A DNA stretch of 64,000 nt from an uncultured Acidobacteriota bacterium (lineage in GTDB: Bacteria; Acidobacteriota; JAQAZP01). The stretch lies in assembly GCA_963836075.1 (NCBI GenBank), contig CAWIIB010000009.1:352001-416000 (forward strand). The letters run 5' to 3'. The notes under the pieces were generated by a model. The model worked only from the letters and a program-made list of their open reading frames with translations, ran no database searches and was not told where the DNA came from. The position numbers and the translations under genes are program-made. Shown piece after piece: positions 59,609 through 64,000 of the stretch. The first letter of the stretch is position 1. The number at the start of each line of letters is the position of its first letter.

Positions 59609-61615
59609 ATGCCCCAGCCGCCCAAAGACCGATTCCTTCTTCTCTGGCCGCTCTTCGCCGCCCTGGCCGCGGGCCTGACCCTGCGCACCATGCTGGTGGC
59701 CCAGTTCAGCCGGCTGCCGCTGTTCCGGCACCCGCTGCTGGACAGCCTGCTCTACCACCAGCAGGCGGTGGATATCGCCGGCGGCAAGCTCGCCGGTGAC
59801 CAGGCCTTCTTCTTCGGCCCGCTCTACCCCTACCTGCTGGGACTGTGCTACACACTCTTCGGCCCCGGCGAACTGGTCCCGCGGGGGATGAACATCGTCC
59901 TGGAGCTGGTGACCATCTCGCTGGTCTTTTTCCTGGCCCGGCGCTGCTTCGGCCCTGCCGCTGCGATCATCGCCTCGGCGGCCTACGCCCTCTATCTCCC
60001 GGCGATCTTCTTCACCGGCCTGCCGCTGATGGCCCCGCTGGTCACCACACTGTTCACCATGCTGGCCCTGCTGCTGGCCATCGCCGCCACCGACAAACCC
60101 TCCAGCGCACGCTGGTGGTTCCTGGCCGGCCTGGCCCTGGGGCTGGGCTGCCTGGCCCGGGCCAACCTGCTGGTCCTCGCCCCGCTCTTCCTCCTGCTGC
60201 TCCACCGTCACCAGCGGGACCGTTTCTGGAAGCTGTCCGGCCTGTTCGTCCTCGGGGTGGTTCTGCTCATCCTTCCGGCCACCCTGCACAATGCCAGGGC
60301 CGAGGGTCAGCTGATCCCGCTCACCACCAACCTGGGGCTGAACTTCTACGTCGGCAACAACGACCAGGCCTCGGGCCGCTACATGCTGCCGCCGGGCCTC
60401 GACGCCCAGAACGACCCCCGGGGCCGGCGGTTCGCCGAGCAGGCCACGGGCCGGGAGATGGGATCCCGCCAGCTGTCCGGCTTCTACCTCTCCCGGGGGC
60501 TGGACTTCGTCGCCGATCAACCCGGCACGGCGCTGGTGCTGCTGCTGAAGAAGTTCCGTCTCTTCTGGCACTTCTTCGAGATCCCCCAGATCTACAACTA
60601 CACGCTGCTCAAGGAGAGCCTGCCGCTCTTGCGGGCGCCGCTGCCCAGCTTCCTGATCGTGTCGCCGCTGGCCCTGGTGGGGATCGGGCTGGTGCTGGTC
60701 CGGCGGAAGGACCCGGCCCGGCTGCTGGCCGCGGCCGCCGGCCTCTACATCCTCTCGCTCCTCCCCTTCTTCATCACCGGCCGCTACCGGCTGCCGCTGG
60801 TGCCGCTGTTGATCGTCTTTTCCGCCTGCACCGTAACCACGCTGGTGCAGAGCGCCCGCTCGCGTAACTATAAAACGCTGGGGATCATCGTTGCCCTGCT
60901 GCTGGTCCTCCCCCTCACCTTCACCGGCTTTCGGCAGCAGGTGCAGCCCTTCGAGCGGTCGCAGTTCTTCAACTCCATCGGCCTGGCCTGCAGGAGCGCC
61001 GGCGACACGGCCGGGGCGGAGGCCTCATTCCGTCGTGCCCTGCAGGACGACCCGCGCAACCCGTTCATCCTGGCCAACCTGGGCCAGTTGCTCGCCCAAC
61101 GGGGTGACGATGCCGGCGCCGTAAACTGCTATGACCGGGCACTGCAGCAGAACCCCGGCTCCACCGAACTCCTCTTTCTCCAGGTCCAGGCCTGCGCCCG
61201 GGCCGGGGAGGTGGACAAGGCCATGGAGAGCTGCCGCCGGCTGCTGGAGATCGACCCCGATTTTTTCCAGGCCAGTTTCGGGCTGGTGGGATTCCACCTC
61301 AGCAAGGGCGAGCCTGCCGAGGCGGCGGCCGCCTTCCGCGACTACGCCCGGTCGAAGCCCGACGACCTCCAGTCGCGGTTCAACCTCACCGACCACCTGG
61401 TGGCGGTGGGCCAGCTGGACCTGGCCGGGGAACTGCTCACCGAGGGCCTGGCCCTGGCCCCGGATGCCGCGCCGCTCCACGGCCGGCTGGGGGATGTGCG
61501 CCTGCGGCAGGGCCGGCCCGCGGAGGCGCGGCAACACCTGGAAGAGGCGCTGCGCCTCGACCCGAACCACGAACCGGCACAGGTCCTGATGCAACGCATC
61601 GAGGAAGGAAAATGA
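59609..61615 (+). CDS. GT39/ArnT-PMT-like membrane glycosyltransferase with C-terminal TPR repeats
   Basis: DSLLYH..A, PLYPYLLG, LARANLL, GLNFYVGNN, RYRLP, then TPR repeats. Confidence 0.82.
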   Translation: MPQPPKDRFLLLWPLFAALAAGLTLRTMLVAQFSRLPLFRHPLLDSLLYHQQAVDIAGGKLAGDQAFFFGPLYPYLLGLCYTLFGPGELVPRGMNIVLELVTISLVFFLARRCFGPAAAIIASAAYALYLPAIFFTGLPLMAPLVTTLFTMLALLLAIAATDKPSSARWWFLAGLALGLGCLARANLLVLAPLFLLLLHRHQRDRFWKLSGLFVLGVVLLILPATLHNARAEGQLIPLTTNLGLNFYVGNNDQASGRYMLPPGLDAQNDPRGRRFAEQATGREMGSRQLSGFYLSRGLDFVADQPGTALVLLLKKFRLFWHFFEIPQIYNYTLLKESLPLLRAPLPSFLIVSPLALVGIGLVLVRRKDPARLLAAAAGLYILSLLPFFITGRYRLPLVPLLIVFSACTVTTLVQSARSRNYKTLGIIVALLLVLPLTFTGFRQQVQPFERSQFFNSIGLACRSAGDTAGAEASFRRALQDDPRNPFILANLGQLLAQRGDDAGAVNCYDRALQQNPGSTELLFLQVQACARAGEVDKAMESCRRLLEIDPDFFQASFGLVGFHLSKGEPAEAAAAFRDYARSKPDDLQSRFNLTDHLVAVGQLDLAGELLTEGLALAPDAAPLHGRLGDVRLRQGRPAEARQHLEEALRLDPNHEPAQVLMQRIEEGK

Positions 61616-63090
61616 GAGGGATGACCATGACGGACAGGAGCAGGATGCGATACGGGATGGCGCCGGCCGTGCTGCTGGCCGCTCTGCTGGGCGGCTGTTC
61701 GGGTGGGGAGGCTCTACCCCCCGCCACCGCGGAGCCGGCCGTTCCGGCCCAGCGGCCCAACATCGTGCTCATCTCGGTGGACACCCTGCGGCCGGACCGT
61801 CTCTCCTGCTACGGCCACGCCCGCTCCACCAGCCCCAACATGGACCGGCTGGCCCGGGAGGGCACGCTTTTCGAGAACGTGGTGAGCAGCACCTCCTGGA
61901 CCCTGCCGGCCCACAGCTCGATGTTCACCGGGCTGGTGGACTCGGTGCACGGCGTCCTGGAGACCGACACCCGCCTGGGCGACAGCCACAACACCCTGGC
62001 CGAACGGCTGGCCTCGGCCGGCTACGAAACGGTGGGCATCTTCAGCGGCCCCTTGCTGCACCCGGTCTTCGGACTCTCCCAGGGGTTCGAAAGCTACATC
62101 GACTGCACCGGCCTCTCCGGGCAAACCATGAGCGCACTGCGTGCCGGCGACAAGGTGGACAACGAGGTCGTGCGGCAGGCCTCGGCCACCACCATCACCA
62201 ACCCCACCGTGAGCAACGCCACCCGGGACTGGCTGCAGCAGAACAGCAAAAAGCCGTTCTTCATGTTTATCCACATGTGGGACGTGCACTACCTCTACAT
62301 CCCGCCGCCGCCCTACGATGAGCTCTATGACCGTGACTACCGGGGCGCCATGGACGGCCGGCTCTTCTTTACCGGCGGTCTGGACCCCGGGATGCCCGAA
62401 GCCGACCTGCAGCACGTGCTGGCCCTCTACGACGGTGAGATCGCCTGGACCGACCTGTTCGTCGGTCATATCCTCGCCGAGCTGAAGCGCCGGGGCCTCG
62501 ATGAGTCGACGGTGGTGATGCTGCTCTCCGACCACGGGGAGGAGTTTTACGAGCACGGCCTGCGCGGCCACCGGCTGGCGCTCTTCGAGGAGTCGATCCG
62601 CATCCCGCTGGTCGTCCGCTGGCCGGGACGGGTCCCGGCGGGGCGGCAGCTGGAGAACCAGGTGGCCATGGTGGACATCATGCCCACCCTGCTCGACATG
62701 GCCGGGATTGCCGCGGGGGATGAGGTGATGGGGCGGAGCCTGGTGCCGCTGTTCGAGGGGAAGTCATTGCCGGAAGGACCGGCCGCGGTGTGCGAACTCT
62801 ACTCCCTGGACAACAAGCTGCGCTCCTTCCGCCGCAACGAGCGCAAGATGATCGTCAACGAGGCGGTCAACCGCCAGCTCTTCATCGACCTGGTGGACGA
62901 CCCGGCGGAGCAGACGATGATCCGCCGGATGGATCACCCGGCGATCAGCCTGCTGACCCGCGACGCGCGGCAGGCGATGAACTGGATCGCGCGCTTCCGC
63001 CAGGCCCTGCCGGTGGAGCAGTCACCACCGGAGCTGCCGGATGATCTGCGCCGGCACCTTGTGGAACTGGGGTACCTGGAGGAGGAGTGA
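61612..63090 (+). CDS. Sulfatase-family lipoprotein (start may be 61621 or later)
   Basis: Lipobox LLGGC; PNIVLISVDTLR.D, SWTLPAHSSMFTG, YDGEI..TD, SDHGEEF.EHG. Confidence 0.88.
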   Translation: MRGMTMTDRSRMRYGMAPAVLLAALLGGCSGGEALPPATAEPAVPAQRPNIVLISVDTLRPDRLSCYGHARSTSPNMDRLAREGTLFENVVSSTSWTLPAHSSMFTGLVDSVHGVLETDTRLGDSHNTLAERLASAGYETVGIFSGPLLHPVFGLSQGFESYIDCTGLSGQTMSALRAGDKVDNEVVRQASATTITNPTVSNATRDWLQQNSKKPFFMFIHMWDVHYLYIPPPPYDELYDRDYRGAMDGRLFFTGGLDPGMPEADLQHVLALYDGEIAWTDLFVGHILAELKRRGLDESTVVMLLSDHGEEFYEHGLRGHRLALFEESIRIPLVVRWPGRVPAGRQLENQVAMVDIMPTLLDMAGIAAGDEVMGRSLVPLFEGKSLPEGPAAVCELYSLDNKLRSFRRNERKMIVNEAVNRQLFIDLVDDPAEQTMIRRMDHPAISLLTRDARQAMNWIARFRQALPVEQSPPELPDDLRRHLVELGYLEEE

Positions 63091-63094
63091 CGCC

Positions 63095-63607
63095 CTACTC
63101 CTCCCAGACGTGGCGCAGGCAGCAGGTGCCGCCCTCGGGCAAGGCCTCGATGGTCTCGAAGGTGACCTTGCTGCCGAACTCCTGGTTGATGTCGTCGATC
63201 AGGGTTTTCAGCCACATGTCACAGCCCGGGCGGTCCTCCTCGATCAGGTCGAAGCGCTCGTGCCAGTCCTTCCAGGGGCAGGCGTCGTGGCGCATGTAGG
63301 CGTGGCCCGGGCTCTCCTTGTCCGGCACCCGCTTGGCGTCCTCGCCCATGGAGACCGAGGAGAAGACAAAGGAATCGGCCACCATCTCGGCCAGCGAGGC
63401 GTCGGGGTCCTGCTCCAGCCGCTTTTTGAAGTGCTTGATGTAGGCCTTGGCCGTGTCGTGACCCACCTCCTCCCAGTAGGCCAGCACCAGCTTCATCGGG
63501 TCGAGGCCGGGGCAGGCCTTCAGCGCCGCGCGCCGCCACTCGAAGTGCGAGGCGCGGTTGATCTGGCTCAGGATCTCGAATCTCTTCTCCCACGACATCT
63601 CGCCCAT
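63095..63607 (-). CDS. Cys-containing hypothetical protein (ATC-hydrolase/V4R-like)
   Basis: YWEEVG, HDACPW, PGCD.W, LPEGGTCCLR. Confidence 0.6.
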   Translation of the reverse strand: MGEMSWEKRFEILSQINRASHFEWRRAALKACPGLDPMKLVLAYWEEVGHDTAKAYIKHFKKRLEQDPDASLAEMVADSFVFSSVSMGEDAKRVPDKESPGHAYMRHDACPWKDWHERFDLIEEDRPGCDMWLKTLIDDINQEFGSKVTFETIEALPEGGTCCLRHVWEE

Positions 63608-63622
63608 GGGATTCTCCTTTCC

Positions 63623-63847
63623 CTACCGGGGGTTGTTGTAGCACTCGTGGACCGCCACCGGTTCCTTCTCCGGAAGCTCGAAACGGATGGCGTTTATCGG
63701 GCAGACGTCGTTGCAGATGCCGCACTCCTCGCAGAGGTCCACCAGGATGGCCGCCTTCTCCTTGATCAGTCCGATGACCTGCGGCGGGCATAACTTGACG
63801 CAGACACCGCAGCCGTCGCACTTGAAAACATCGATGATCGGGACCAT
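63623..63847 (-). CDS. 2x[4Fe-4S] ferredoxin
   Basis: CDGCGVCVKLCP and CEECGICNDVCP. Confidence 0.92.
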   Translation of the reverse strand: MVPIIDVFKCDGCGVCVKLCPPQVIGLIKEKAAILVDLCEECGICNDVCPINAIRFELPEKEPVAVHECYNNPR

Positions 63848-63862
63848 GTTTCCATACCTCCG

Positions 63863-64000
63863 TTAAATACGCATCCCCAGGCGGTAGCCGTCCAGCAGGG
63901 CGTTGACCGCCCGGCGAACCTGCAGGGAATCGCCGATGACATAGGAGTCCTTTTTCTTCACCGCCTCGCGCAGCTCGGCGCCCACCGGGGTCATGTTGGC
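63863..64000 (-). CDS. C-terminus of an FAD/NADH:flavin oxidoreductase (partial)
   Basis: Manual translation ...DSYVIGDSLQVRRAVNALLDGYRLGMRI*, a typical IGD...A..G ending. Confidence 0.7.
   Translation of the reverse strand, partial: ANMTPVGAELREAVKKKDSYVIGDSLQVRRAVNALLDGYRLGMRI

Overview
GC-rich bacterial chromosomal window with no rRNA, tRNA, CRISPR array or intact IS recognised. It opens with hypF and a divergent hoxEFUYHW NAD-linked bidirectional [NiFe]-hydrogenase operon. A ~30 kb ion/osmotic/envelope region follows: four MscS/CmpX-type proteins, a two-component system with a REC-SLC13 transporter fusion, two CNNM proteins, TerC, a cation-chloride cotransporter, glgP, an lpoB operon, a SigX/CrfX/CmpX-like ECF module, a GshB-like ligase and paired MgtE genes. 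Next come a RelE/RHH toxin-antitoxin pair, a sensor-less sigma54 activator facing a sigma54 promoter and a small ORF, an orphan MshEN-GspE/PilB ATPase, and an ECF/anti-sigma/DUF4252 operon. The last third holds secreted multidomain proteins (C25 gingipain-like, beta-helix/FG-GAP, SBBP propeller), a GT39-TPR/sulfatase pair and a ferredoxin-containing operon end. The best leads are: (1) a ~120-aa C-terminal domain ending DVTPAP[YW]NQPP[FY]xPSG...TLP shared by two unrelated secreted proteins, a candidate new sorting or anchoring signal; (2) a 32-bp bipartite motif upstream of two envelope operons flanking the SigX-like ECF gene; (3) the sigma54 small-ORF unit; (4) a GGGGACGTACATAAAAAGTATA inverted-repeat element. 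Four +1 frameshifts in three genes are probably sequencing errors. All family assignments are from motif recognition by eye; no database searches were run.
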